Origin: Octopus bimaculoides | Lineage: Eukaryota | Assembly: GCF_001194135.2 (NCBI RefSeq) | Contig: NC_068988.1 | Span: forward strand, 43,696,891-43,760,890 | Direction of reading: 5' to 3' | DNA length: 64,000 bases | Shown: positions 50,901 to 63,921 of the stretch, one piece after another | How the letters are laid out: each line of letters begins with the position of its first letter | How positions within the stretch are numbered: the stretch's first letter is position 1 | Notes under the pieces: model-generated | Databases searched by the model: none | What the model was told of the DNA's origin: nothing | The model's input: only the letters and a program-made list of their open reading frames with translations | Made by a program: the position numbers and the translations under genes

Positions 50901-51804
50901 TTTTTCTAATTAAGCTCTTTATATTTGCATTGCTTCTTCATTTCAGTCTCCATTATAGTCGCTTTGTGAATGTTAAAGGATATTGGCAAAACCTGAATAT
51001 TTACACACATAAAAAATTTACATCCATAGAGTAGCTATATATAACACAACGCAAATACACGTAAAATTATCTTTTTGTTTGAATGTATCAGTATGTCTTA
51101 CTGTGTGTTCAATTTTTCGTTTTCTGAGCCCTTTTGTGCGTTGTGTGTGCGTTGTGTGTGTGTGTGTGTGTGTGTGTGTAGTTGTGTGAGAAATCTTTTT
51201 CTGTGCACACTATATTATGGTGGTATTATCCGAAGACTTTAACCCTGTCAATTATGTAATTTTGTTTATAGTCTCCGTTTTAACTAAAACTAATCAAAAG
51301 TTCTTGTTTTCCTGTTTAGTCTTGTTAATTAAATTAGTATCTAGTTGAGCGTATAATGGCTTATAAATGGAACAGCTAGAGAATTGCGATCTCTTGTCTA
51401 AGATTATGCATTTATCTATTTTAAGTATTAATGTAATTCATCTAAAATATTCCTTCCTAAAATGATCTTTCATTTATATGTGTTGAACTATGTCTAGTTA
51501 GTTGCTTCCAAAGTATTTTAAGTCTGTGCTTTATAATTTTGTCTTATCTCTGTTTATCTTACATGACTTTGCTGTTGCTTATTCATATCTCTGGGTTAAA
51601 TTTCATATTAATTCCACTAGTAAATCCAGGCACTCTGTCGCAGAGATTCTAGTTGCTTATAATCTACAGTATACATCTTGAGTTTATCCATATGCAAAGG
51701 ACGATTAATTGTGCTCCAGCACAATTTGTATCCTAGATCAGCATGGTTTAACACGTTACTTAAATAAGGAATGGAGAAATGTTCCCTTAGAATATTTAAA
51801 TATA

Positions 51805-51970
51805 TAGGCGTGGCTGTGTGGTAAGAAGTTTGCTTCACAACCACATGATTCCGGATTCAGTCCTACTGCGTAATACCGAGAGCAAGTGTCTCCTACTATA
51901 GTCTCAGGCCGGCCAAAGCCTTGAGGGTGAATTTAGTCGATGGAAACTTAGAGAAACCCATCATATATAT
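51805..51970 (+). mobile_element. Family A SINE 5' half, ending in its internal (TA)n
   Basis: ggcgtggctgtgtggtaagaagtttgcttc...gccaaagccttgag...gaaacccatcatatatat. Confidence 0.85.
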
Positions 51971-52848
51971 ATTACGTGGAAAAATGCGAGTAAGAGAAAT
52001 AATATTCTTAAGATTATAAACCTAGAAAAGTACAGGGCAAATTATTACACTTGGAAAAGTTCAGGACAACTTATTACATCTGGTAAAGTAGAGAACAAAA
52101 AAAAATTTTCTTAAAATATTGCAGCTAAGGATAAAATTTCAAATAAAATATTTAGATTTAGAAAATATTAGCTTTTACTAAAACTAAAAGTTGCATCACA
52201 AGTTATTACTTCTATTTGTTATTACTTGTTACATCTATCAAAAATAAAAGATAACTCAAAATGTGTTTGCACTTTAAAAAACTATTTTAAAAAATTATTA
52301 ATTAATAATTATTAATTAATAATTAGAAATTTTAAAAATTATTAATTAACTATTAGAAAATAGGTTATAAAAATAATAGTAGTACATAATTAGTTAGTAC
52401 AAAAATTAGTTATATATTATAGTAAAATCTACCTATAACAGCAAACCCACAGTAAAAAGCTATTGCCAAGTCTTGACTCAATGCCTGTTTTACATAATGA
52501 ACTTGCCTACCATATATACTATTCTACTTTGCATAAAACTTTTGCTATATTCGTATTTGCTCTCATTTTTTAAGTATATCAATTTTTAAGTGTATCAATA
52601 TTTTAACAAAATGACGGTACCTTTTTTTTAAATTTTAATGTTGCTTTGTAAATTAAAATCAAAGGATTTTTAAAAATTTAAATTCTATCCTTAGCTGCAA
52701 TATTTTAAGTGAAAATTTTCTTCTTCTGTACTTTACCTGATGTAATAAGTTGTCCTGAATTTTTCCAAGTGTAATAACTTGTTCTGTACATTTCCAAGTT
52801 TACAATCTTAAGAATATTATTTCTCTTGCTCGCATTTTTCCAAGTAAT
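51971..52848. mobile_element. Foldback-type non-autonomous DNA element with about 170-bp modular TIRs
   Basis: 51971-52140 is the reverse complement of 52682-52848 (attac.tggaaaaatgcgag.aagagaaataatattcttaagatt...aatattgcagctaaggata). The TIRs contain 29-bp subrepeats; the spacer is very AT-rich. Confidence 0.9.
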
Positions 52849-52917
52849 CCATGTTTTTTCCAGGCTACGCTATATGTCAATTAATAATTTAAGATTTTAT
52901 CTTATTGAAAATTATTT

Positions 52918-53284
52918 CAATGATGCTGGTGACATATATTAAAAGTCCCCTTGTAGAACTGTATTCATAAAAAAGCATAGAACTATATTATCACCCTTCA
53001 AATTTGAGAATCAAACACTCATAACATTTTCTTTTAAAACTCCTTTCTTGTCTCAGATATTGCGGGACTGTGTTTACATGATATAATTGCATTAACTAAT
53101 ACAGATGACGTAATTAGACTAATTGCAAATTAGCGGTGTCGTTGATAATGTTTTCCTTACCTCAATGATGCCGGTGACATATATTAAAAGTCCCCTTATA
53201 GAACTATATTCATAAAAAAGTATACAACTATATTATCACCCTCAAAATTGAGAAACAAACATTCATATTTTTTTCTTTTAAAAT
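52918..53284. repeat. About 125-bp direct repeat at 245-bp spacing
   Basis: caatgatgc.ggtgacatatattaaaagtcccctt.tagaact...aactatattatcaccc at 52918 and 53163. Confidence 0.9.
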
Positions 53285-53796
53285 TTCATTGCATGAGAGT
53301 AATACCACAAAATTCCTCGAATTGAGCTCTATCATTTAAGCTTAATTAAAACATAGTTTGTTTTTAAAACGAAAAAGTTAATTATACTTAAATCCAATTT
53401 TTTGCCTTACTTATATACTTTTCATGATATTTTACCTCACAAATTTTTTGATACAAATTTTTGTTGCATGGCACCAAAACTATATAATTCCTCATGCTTT
53501 CTTCTATCATTGAAGCTAAGATAAATATATTTTGCTTTTAAAATAATAAAAAAAAATTTTTAGATCTAAACTTGATTAGAGGTGTTTCTTACTCTCGTAT
53601 AACGTTGCTACAAATTTTGACGTAAACTTTTTTCTACTGGACCAAATCTCAATTTTGTTATGCCAAAATGTAGCTAGGGACCAATCCTCTTCAAAACTGT
53701 TAACAGTTTTTAATTTGGTTAAGAAATGAATTAGCGACAAAGCTCTTAATCTGCGGCGTGTGAGTAAATTGCGGCCTTAAGAATATTATTCAACTG

Positions 53797-54644
53797 NNNN
53801 NNNNNNNNNNNNNNNNNNNNNNNNNNNNNNNNNNNNNNNNNNNNNNNNNNNNNNNNNNNNNNNNNNNNNNNNNNNNNNNNNNNNNNNNNNNNNNNNNNNN
53901 NNNNNNNNNNNNNNNNNNNNNNNNNNNNNNNNNNNNNNNNNNNNNNNNNNNNNNNNNNNNNNNNNNNNNNNNNNNNNNNNNNNNNNNNNNNNNNNNNNNN
54001 NNNNNNNNNNNNNNNNNNNNNNNNNNNNNNNNNNNNNNNNNNNNNNNNNNNNNNNNNNNNNNNNNNNNNNNNNNNNNNNNNNNNNNNNNNNNNNNNNNNN
54101 NNNNNNNNNNNNNNNNNNNNNNNNNNNNNNNNNNNNNNNNNNNNNNNNNNNNNNNNNNNNNNNNNNNNNNNNNNNNNNNNNNNNNNNNNNNNNNNNNNNN
54201 NNNNNNNNNNNNNNNNNNNNNNNNNNNNNNNNNNNNNNNNNNNNNNNNNNNNNNNNNNNNNNNNNNNNNNNNNNNNNNNNNNNNNNNNNNNNNNNNNNNN
54301 NNNNNNNNNNNNNNNNNNNNNNNNNNNNNNNNNNNNNNNNNNNNNNNNNNNNNNNNNNNNNNNNNNNNNNNNNNNNNNNNNNNNNNNNNNNNNNNNNNNN
54401 NNNNNNNNNNNNNNNNNNNNNNNNNNNNNNNNNNNNNNNNNNNNNNNNNNNNNNNNNNNNNNNNNNNNNNNNNNNNNNNNNNNNNNNNNNNNNNNNNNNN
54501 NNNNNNNNNNNNNNNNNNNNNNNNNNNNNNNNNNNNNNNNNNNNNNNNNNNNNNNNNNNNNNNNNNNNNNNNNNNNNNNNNNNNNNNNNNNNNNNNNNNN
54601 NNNNNNNNNNNNNNNNNNNNNNNNNNNNNNNNNNNNNNNNNNNN
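53797..54644. other. Assembly gap (largest of 16 N-runs)
   Basis: Other gaps: 2254-2678, 3181-3190, 7808-8502, 20663-21328, 23179-23483, 24016-24473, 25834-26149, 27940-27949, 34971-35156, 43138-43245, 43756-43850, 48278-48287, 58066-58606, 60246-60435, 61499-61692. Confidence 0.98.
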
Positions 54645-54677
<33 letters not shown>

Positions 54678-55241
54678 ATACATATATATATATATATGCA
54701 AACAAATACATATATACATACATTCTTCCATACATATGTGGTGTTCAAAATAAAACTTTTTTTTATTTTGAAACCTGCTTATTTTTATTTTCCTTCAACC
54801 AAACAGAACGTTCTCTCTTCGTGCAGAAACCCGCTTATAAATTCTCTTAGCACTTCTTTTCATTTCTACCAATTAAATTTAGCATTTCCAAAATGTCTTA
54901 CAAATTACAACCACCAAAATTGTATGCTCTGGTTTCTAAATACCAGGTTGGATATAATTTGCATATATCGGTGCAAATTAAAGACAACATTAAACATTAG
55001 ATTTGGAAATGGGATAGGAATGGCTTGCACTCATATCAATGTCACGATTTTGCATAAGACCTGGTTAAGGAAAGAGCGTAACGGCTTGCACAATATTTCT
55101 GTTGATTATTTAGTTGAAATTTTTCTTTCTTTCTTAATTTTTTCTTTTACATGAAGAGCATTTATACATTGATTTAATACAGTTGAAAAGTCTGCGATTA
55201 TAAATCAGTGTGTTTGAACTTCTTCTTTTTTTCAAGATTAC

Positions 55242-55312
<71 letters not shown>

Positions 55313-55315
<3 letters not shown>

Positions 55316-55550
55316 TAGTTTTATTTTTATAGCATGCTCTCACTTCACTACTGAGCGCAGCTCTGTGTGCCTTGGGTATGTGCTGTGGTTTGCTGTGATG
55401 CTCTTATGGTTACTGTATTGAAAGAGTTTTGCGTAGGATGTGTGCAGTGCCCAGTAGTGCAATTTTCTGTATGTTATATATACTTGGAAGTCCTGGTGTT
55501 TTTGTTATGTATTTGTCTGAATATTTTTTTATCATACTTAATGCGCCTAT
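55313..55550 (-). mobile_element. R4/Dong-like retrotransposon 3' end, (TAA)n family, second subfamily
   Basis: IIGALSMIKKYSDKYITKTPGLPSIYNIQKIALLGTAHILRKTLSIQ* plus a 3' UTR, with pure (TAA)n on both sides on its sense strand. Confidence 0.9.
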
Positions 55551-55576
55551 TATTATTATTATTATTATTATTATGG

Positions 55577-55790
55577 CGGTGAGCTGGCGGAATCGTTAGC
55601 ACGCCTGTCGAAATGCTCAGCAGTATTTCGTCTGCCACTACGTTCTGAATTCAGATTCCGCCGAAGTCAACTTTGCCTTTCATCCTTTCGGGGTCGATAA
55701 ATTAAGTGTCTGTAAAACACTGGGGTCGATGTAATCGACTTATCCCCTCCCTCAAAATGGTTGCCCTTGTGACAAAATTGGAAACCATTA
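55577..55790 (+). mobile_element. Family D SINE flanked by (ATT)n on both sides
   Basis: ggcggtgagctggcggaatcgttagc...gacaaaattggaaacc(att)n. Confidence 0.9.
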
Positions 55791-55820
55791 TTATTATTAT
55801 CATCATCATCATCATCATCA

Positions 55821-55899
<79 letters not shown>

Positions 55900-56370
55900 C
55901 GCGTGAGAGAGCAGCGCATGCCATCAAAGTGACACTGGGGTACAAGCATACGAAGCCCAATATACCCATCATGACTACCCCTCTGATAAGGGTACACCAG
56001 GCACATGCATCACAACCATATGTACGCGACATGGTGATCTCATATCAAGATAAACAGCACATGGCCTAACAGGTGGGGGCATATAAGAATTTTCTTCTGG
56101 TCGAGTCGCCCATCCCACTCAAAAAGTCTCTGAATAAGGATTGTGTAAGGATGATAAATGAAACACCCATGTTTCTAGAGATGAATTTTTCAGACCCCAA
56201 AGAATTCCTTTCAACACATGGCTATGATGCTCCCCCACCACTTCTGCTCATGATCAGAGATGCTCATATCGGCAGTCACAAAGGGATATGCTCAACTGGA
56301 TAAGGTCAAGCAACTGACAAGCAAATCTGTGATATTAAGTAGAATATTTGTTGTAGCCCATCTTTTACAC
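55900..56370. mobile_element. Unclassified putative interspersed repeat abutting (TTA)n
   Basis: GC-richer, non-coding block starting exactly at the end of the (TTA)n tract. Only one copy in this window, so repeat status is inferred. Confidence 0.4.
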
Positions 56371-56644
56371 TAAGACAAAAGATGTAACAGATTAACGGAA
56401 ACAGTAAACAGGTAGACAAACTACACTGTGCTATAATTAACTATGCACCTCCTTCCATCCATACACTTACTCGAACCTAAACCGTGATCAATTTCGCTTT
56501 TAATCCATCTGAGTGATTACACAAGTATCATTGAAGAAAGGAAAAGAAAAAACATTAATCTTGATACAATCGCCCAAATCCTTCCCAAAACTATCGTGGT
56601 ACTTCGCCCTACGTTCGAAGTAATTCTGATTACTATTATTATTT

Positions 56645-57200
56645 GGCCGAGGTCGACTTTGCCTGTCATCCTTTCAGGGTCGGTAAATTAAGTACCAGTG
56701 AAACACTGGGGTCGATGGAACCGACTAGTTCCCTCCTACTCCCAGCCACCACCACCACCACTACCACCAAATTTTAGGTCTTGTGCCCATAGTAGAATCG
56801 TTAGCACGCCGGGTAAAATGCTTAGTGGCATTTCATCTGTCTTCGTGTTCTGAGTTCAAATTCCACCGAGGTCAACCTTGCCTTTTATCCATTCGGGATC
56901 GATAAAATAGGTAACAGTCGAGCACTGGGGTTGATGTAATCGACTAGCCTCTACCACAAAATTTCCGGTACTGTCCTATACTGAAAAGGTGCCAAGCTGT
57001 CAGAGTCGTTAGCACGCCGGACGAATTGTTCATCGACATTTAGTCTTTAAGTTTTGGGTTCAAATTCCGTCGAGGTCGACTTTACTTTTCATCCTTTCGG
57101 GATCGATGAGATAAGTACATGGGATCACTGTAATAGACTATCTTACTCCCCTAACAAATTTCAGGCATTGTGTTCTATAACAGAAAGGACTGTTATTATT
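56645..57200 (+). mobile_element. Three family D SINEs head-to-tail (first one 5'-truncated)
   Basis: gaggtc.ac.ttgcc/actttt..atcc motifs near 56650, 56870 and 57070. Confidence 0.85.
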
Positions 57201-57782
57201 ATTATTATCATGTGGTATGAGGCCTTGTGCCCAGAGTAGAAATAATTATTATTATGAGGTTGGTGAAAGGAAGAGATAGCAGAGCCAGCAGATAGAAAAC
57301 CAAAACTAGTGAGTGAGAGACGTGGTGAATGGAAGAATATGGAGAAGGAAAGGCCAGCAGACGGAAGCGATGATAGAAGAAGAAGAGCCAATGAAAGTTG
57401 AATGATGGAATAACCCTGGATAGAGACAACGGATGGAAGCGCCAGCGAAACATCGTAAAAAATATCTCACTATACTTAGTGACGCTACATCTGCCGAGTA
57501 AATGCCGCTGCGGTCAACGTCGTTTTTTACACACTTACATTCCTCGCAACCCAAACAAATTATATCGACTTTCCAAAACTTGTTGCCGTTGTTGGTTTCT
57601 TAGCAACTGATCGGTCTTGATTAAACAGATGAACGTTCAAGTCAAGTCCATCTCGTTTTTTTTTCTTTCTTCTTCAAACATAGTATATCTAGGATTACAA
57701 TTTTCCGCATGACAGTGTAGTCTTAAGCCATTCCCGATCGTGAATGCAACACCCTAATCAGTAGGCCACACGCCTTCACACA

Positions 57783-57881
<99 letters not shown>

Positions 57882-57889
57882 AAATATAC

Positions 57890-58065
57890 TTTCTTTTATT
57901 CTTTAACTTGTTTCAGTCATTTGACTGCGGCCATGCTGGAGTACCACTTTTATTTGATTAAATCGACCCCAGAACTTATTCTTTGTAAGCCTAGTACTTA
58001 TTCTATCGGTCTATTTTGCTGAACCGCTAAGTTACGGAGGCATAATCACACTAACATCGGTTGTG
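57890..58065 (-). mobile_element. Family A SINE 3' half, with a gap where the internal microsatellite lies
   Basis: ttgtttcagtcatttgactgcggccatgctggag...ccgctaagttacgg...catcggttgt, then N. Confidence 0.85.
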
Positions 58066-59509
58066 NNNNNNNNNNNNNNNNNNNNNNNNNNNNNNNNNNN
58101 NNNNNNNNNNNNNNNNNNNNNNNNNNNNNNNNNNNNNNNNNNNNNNNNNNNNNNNNNNNNNNNNNNNNNNNNNNNNNNNNNNNNNNNNNNNNNNNNNNNN
58201 NNNNNNNNNNNNNNNNNNNNNNNNNNNNNNNNNNNNNNNNNNNNNNNNNNNNNNNNNNNNNNNNNNNNNNNNNNNNNNNNNNNNNNNNNNNNNNNNNNNN
58301 NNNNNNNNNNNNNNNNNNNNNNNNNNNNNNNNNNNNNNNNNNNNNNNNNNNNNNNNNNNNNNNNNNNNNNNNNNNNNNNNNNNNNNNNNNNNNNNNNNNN
58401 NNNNNNNNNNNNNNNNNNNNNNNNNNNNNNNNNNNNNNNNNNNNNNNNNNNNNNNNNNNNNNNNNNNNNNNNNNNNNNNNNNNNNNNNNNNNNNNNNNNN
58501 NNNNNNNNNNNNNNNNNNNNNNNNNNNNNNNNNNNNNNNNNNNNNNNNNNNNNNNNNNNNNNNNNNNNNNNNNNNNNNNNNNNNNNNNNNNNNNNNNNNN
58601 NNNNNNGAGAGGTGACATTTCATAATACTGCTATTTTCTACGAGTGTTTATGTACTATAAACAGTCTTAACTTTTAAGAGATCCTTAATTACCCGAAGAC
58701 ATCTAAATATTATTACAGCTGAAGCGTAGGCAGCTTGTGAATGATATTGTGTATATTATTTTGTTTTACTCCTCTACTTATGAGTTCAATTCTTGCCAGG
58801 ATCGATGGGAAAAAAATACACATTTCTCTATCTCCCACTCAATTTCCTGACCACGAACCTAAGTTAGAAATCAATATTAGAAAACCGCCGGAATAAATGG
58901 CTGCAATATAAAAATGGCTTCAACATTTATCAACACAAAGCAAAGACAGAAAGAATCGGTAGAACATCGGTTAAAACACTAGTTCGAATTATGCCGAAGT
59001 CGACATCGTCTTTTAATTTTTCGGGGTCGATAAGATAAATACTGATCAATTACTAGCGTTAATATATTGGAATATACTCTCCCTCAAAATGTGTGCCCTT
59101 AAGTCTAAATTACTATTATTTCAATTAAATATGTTTCTATTATAGCGACTCAACGAAAAAATCTTTTTAGCTCAAGTGCAAAAGAGCAGCTCTTAAAATT
59201 CTAAAATGTTATCGATTGCAATCTACAGGTATTTTAAAATGCACATTTATTCTTTATATATTTTAAACTTTCATGAGTAACTAGAACATCTGATCGTAAT
59301 CCAAACTGTGGTTTCCGCCCTAGTAGAGAAGAATTTGTAAACTGGTACTCTAGAATAGGGCTTCACAACCATAGATATGAGGCTTGGTCTCTAATATCGT
59401 TTTTCTTTAAATGAATATGACAGAACCTTGTGATTTTCTTACCTGTTCTGTTTCTGGTTATACATATGTAAAATCAAGCTATTGATATATTTTAAACATA
59501 CTGATATCT

Positions 59510-59866
59510 AGTAAGACTGGTGATGATTCGACTGTCTGGTGCAGTGGGTATGACCATGGGATTGCACCTAGAAAGTTTCTCTCGGATGCTCCAGTCCGGG
59601 CAAAGTTGTTTATAGAAGACCAGTAGTCGCCCATGCATACTAGCGTCCCCTCTCCACGCCACAAATGTTATCCAAGGAAAAGGCAAAGGCCAATACAGCT
59701 TGGCATCAGTGACGTCGCAGCTCATATCCCCAGATGAATGAACTGGAAGAACGTGAAATAAAGTATATTGCTTAAGAACACAACACACGGCCCGATCCGG
59801 GAATCGAACTCACTGCCTCATGATTGTGAGCCCAACGCTCTAACCACTGAGCCAGGCACCTTCACA
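59510..59866 (-). mobile_element. tRNA-derived SINE, family C (family B-like head, different body)
   Basis: Minus-strand head tggctcagtggttagagcg...gagttcgattccc; body gacgtcactgatgccaagctg...gcaatcccatggtca. Confidence 0.75.
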
Positions 59867-60014
59867 TGTGCAAACATAAGGTTGCAGAAAATGCTATATT
59901 AGTATGCAGATTGGGTCTGCATCTATATGTCACAGCACTGATGTGCTTGTGTACACAAAATAGTCTGTTAGTGTATAGACAGCATGATTACTGTGTCTGT
60001 ATATAGAACAGTCG

Positions 60015-60049
<35 letters not shown>

Positions 60050-61344
60050 GGAGAGAGAGAGAGAGAGAGATAGAGAGAGAGAGAGTGCATATGCGTCTAC
60101 TTGTATTTGTATTTGGTGCAAGAGGGAGAGAGAGAGAGACCGTGGTGTTTTTGTATTTGAGTTCGACACTCTTTTTATACTTACTTAGCATTTACTACTC
60201 GTCGTCTCAAACAAACACAAATTGGTCATAATAGTGTGTGTGTGTNNNNNNNNNNNNNNNNNNNNNNNNNNNNNNNNNNNNNNNNNNNNNNNNNNNNNNN
60301 NNNNNNNNNNNNNNNNNNNNNNNNNNNNNNNNNNNNNNNNNNNNNNNNNNNNNNNNNNNNNNNNNNNNNNNNNNNNNNNNNNNNNNNNNNNNNNNNNNNN
60401 NNNNNNNNNNNNNNNNNNNNNNNNNNNNNNNNNNNGGGGGGGGGGGGTAATGTATGGAGTGTGTATAGCCCGTTGTGTGCATGTGTGTGTGAGTGCGCGT
60501 GTATGACACGCACATCTACACGTATCTACGCACACACACGGAGTACAAACCTGACTTTACACTAATTACAGACGAATGAAAAAAAAAAAGAATGTATCGC
60601 GAGCAATTAGATTCAGCGGTTTTCTCAATGACTAAATGTTATATTGAGGTCAGCAGGTCATTCATTAACTACCCTGGACACCACCTTAAGTGATAGTAGT
60701 TGAGTTTAGAACCTTGAAGCTTAATTGTTCTAGTTTAGTAGCCTTGAGGTCAATAGTTATTAGTATACGACTAACATAAGAAAGAAAATGTTGCGCAGTT
60801 ATGCCTGACTAATAGTAGTTGCCATCCATTCAACCTATATTATTTTCTACTTCTTAATAGTAACATTCCTTGCTTAGATATATATTCCAGTCAAGGCTAT
60901 TACTTGCATTGACCCGAAACTTTTTTCGTGCGCAAAAACGAACTTGTTAATTTAAAGGAGCAGTTTATAGCCTTCATTCAGTATGACTATCTTTTTAAAA
61001 GCTTGTTTTGATTATTTTGTCAGATATCTAATCACATTCTTTGAATTTTTTTCTATTATTAACTCTTTCAACTCAACAGGTACCGCCTGAAGAAAACTAT
61101 AATTTCCTCTATATTGATGATAAGCTTAATCGGTCGGCCAGTTTAAACAACCACCTGGTCGGTCCTTAGACGTCCTTAGTAGGGTGCAGTGTGTTTTGAT
61201 CGGTCAGTTAAAAGTACCCACCTAACCCGCGAATATCTTTAACAGAGTCCACTGTGTTTCATGCATTGGAGGCTTAGGAAACCTTACGTTTGTTTCGGAA
61301 GTTCTGAGACAGTCATGGATATTATACTTCCACCGCTGAATATT

Positions 61345-61498
61345 GCTGTCATTAGACTGCGGCCATGCTGGGACACAACCTTGAAGAATGTTAGTCGGAC
61401 GAATTATTTTTTAAAACTTGGTACTTATTCTATCAATCTCTTTGGTCGAATCACTAAGTTACAGAGACGTAAACATACCAACATCGATTGTGACACAC
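61345..61498 (-). mobile_element. Family A SINE 3' half, with a gap at the internal microsatellite
   Basis: gactgcggccatgctggg...ctaagttacagagacgtaaac...aacatcgattgt, then N. Confidence 0.75.
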
Positions 61499-61734
61499 NN
61501 NNNNNNNNNNNNNNNNNNNNNNNNNNNNNNNNNNNNNNNNNNNNNNNNNNNNNNNNNNNNNNNNNNNNNNNNNNNNNNNNNNNNNNNNNNNNNNNNNNNN
61601 NNNNNNNNNNNNNNNNNNNNNNNNNNNNNNNNNNNNNNNNNNNNNNNNNNNNNNNNNNNNNNNNNNNNNNNNNNNNNNNNNNNNNNNNNNNNTATATATA
61701 TATATATATTCGGTATCTAGTAATACGGTATCTA

Positions 61735-62098
61735 GTCATCATCAAGATTTCTTTACTGATGCAGCCAGTCTGAAGCGTCACTCTAGACGCTTTTGTAGTC
61801 CTCCGTCGCCTCTGGTCTGTTCTCTGTCATGCGTAGCAGGCCCGCTGTCCAGTCCATGATGTCAAACAGGATTTTCTGTTTCGCCCTCCCTCAGTTGTAC
61901 GCTGAAAAATAGTTTTAGACAGGGAGTTGTGCCAGGATATATGATCATACCAGGCAAACTTTCGTCTTCTTAACTGCATCAGGGGTGGTTCCTGCCTGCC
62001 AGTGTATTTGTTGACTTATTACCTGACAAAGCTGTTCGCTTCGTGCTCTGTGAACGGGATGTGTAGCAGCCTTCTGAAGCACTTGTGCTCCATCCTTT
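61735..62098 (-). mobile_element. RTE-clade LINE 3' end
   Basis: EHKCFRRLLHIPFTEHEANSFVR**VNKYTGRQEPPLMQLRRRKFAWYDHISWHNSLSKTIFQRTTEGGR matches the RTE C-terminal domain; short GAT tail. Confidence 0.85.
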
Positions 62099-62802
62099 AA
62101 CTTATTATTCAAATTCATTCCCTTAGTCTCTTTGAGTTGTACTTTTTAAATATTTTTAATTATGCTATTCTTAACAGTTAATTAAATTGGTGCTACATTT
62201 CTGTAGAAATTCTCTGTGTCTAACAGCACCGAAACTCCAGCAACGAATTTGAAATCACAGCTCCCAATCTGATGTTTTACCCGATGTATTAGTAATCAGT
62301 CAGGCCTTTTAACTGACAATTAACCTATTAATTCGAAGTGAAACAATTTTAAAATTAGTCACTTTGAACCTAGATGACTTCCACAACTGCTTCTTCTCAA
62401 TCGTTATCCTGATGGTTGGTAATTAAACTTTATTTTCTTTTTCCTGAATGATTCAATCTTACAATAGATTTCCAACCGTCTACAGCACAACCACAGCAGC
62501 ACTAATATTATAGAATCGATAAGTTACACATAAAGAATTGAGTGACTCACTTCACTCATTTAACGTTTCTACATTCGCAGCCATAGTCGTTTTATATCAG
62601 TTCGCACTTGAAGATTTGTTTGCTTCATCCCAACTTCACACATTCTTTCATGCTCCTCTCAATACACTTTTTTAAATCTATATTTCGTTGTCTATAATTT
62701 CTCTTGTTCATAGCATATCATCCTTCAAATAATTGTTACATCTAGAACCTATTCCCTGTATCAAAATATTTCTTTTGCCGAAGTGCTTCCCCTATTATAA
62801 CT

Positions 62803-63113
62803 GGCACTCCGTCCATTACGACGACGAGCGTTCCAGTTGATCCGATCAACGGAACGGCCTGCTCGTGAAATTGACGTGCTACTGACTGAGCACCCCAGAG
62901 ACACTCGGACATTTAACGTAGTTCTCAGGAGATTTAGCGTAACACAGAATGCGACATGACAGGTCATTTGAAATTCAGGTACTACTCATTTTTGGCAGCT
63001 GAGTGGATTGGAGCAACGTGAAATAAAGCATCTTTCTTAAGGACACAGCGTGCCGCCGGGAATCGAACTCACGATCGCGAGCCGAATACCCCGACAATTG
63101 AGCCACGCATCTT
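62803..63113 (-). mobile_element. tRNA-derived SINE with the family B 3' tail
   Basis: ggcactccgtc..ttacgacga..cgttccagttgatccgatcaacgg tail and gagttcgattccc B box. Confidence 0.85.
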
Positions 63114-63501
63114 TACGCGCTTTCCGTTTAGAAAAGATATGAAAATGGCAGTAAAATTAACAAATTACATAGTTTCAGATCCAGTACCACTGCATAACAC
63201 CTTAAGTAAATGTCATCTACATTCTCTGGTGATCAAAAGCCTTTTAATGTAATTCAGTACGGCCCGTCGGAAGGGTCACTCTTGTCCTCAGATGGTAGAT
63301 TTCATTCATTGTCTGGTTTGATACTACTACATGGCATGTGGATGGCCTTTAGCAGAGTCCATTCTGAAACAAACATTCAAACTAAGTCACCGGTCCGAAC
63401 ATAATTTCTTTCCTTCCTGTCAATAGACTCGGAAGTCTGGAAAAATGTCATGGGCAGTGACATAAAAGAAATCATGGGAAAATCGAGTCGATCCGCCAGA
63501 G

Positions 63502-63921
63502 TTTTTTTTTTGTTGTTGTGTTGATTGCTATTTCTTGTCAGAAGAGTGTTGTCTCTTCATCGAACATTGCACGATCATGTGCACGCAGATGGCTTTTAAG
63601 CCCAACTTTTGTTCTGCAGGAATATACACGGTTATGACATTTGAAGAATACTCATTTGTTTTTCTTTTCAGTACGAATGTATCGTGGTGCGTGTGACAGT
63701 ACAACCATCACACAAGCAACTCGATTTCTCCCTGGGTCACTTGACTTTAAATAGCTAGGAAACCCGGCCCTTGAGAAAAGAAATCGTTCACACATATTGC
63801 AACTCAATTCTTACTGGGTTTGTGCAAACACTGTACTTGGGTCCCACTTACAGAGCGAAAGCTTCAAAGCGGCATGCTCTACTCGCTTTTGTTCAAAGAC
63901 GCCTATACCTGTACTTGATAG

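Noticed and set aside
54893-55110. ATG-initiated frame MSYKLQPPKLYALVSKYQVGY... with later in-frame stops
   Set aside because: No recognisable domain; 35 codons before the first stop is within chance.
57260-57440. Possible additional RTE C-terminal remnant (also a CR1-like trace at 46480-46700 and a Tigger-like TIR at 47048-47100)
   Set aside because: Similarity needs several frameshifts or covers too few bases to support by eye.
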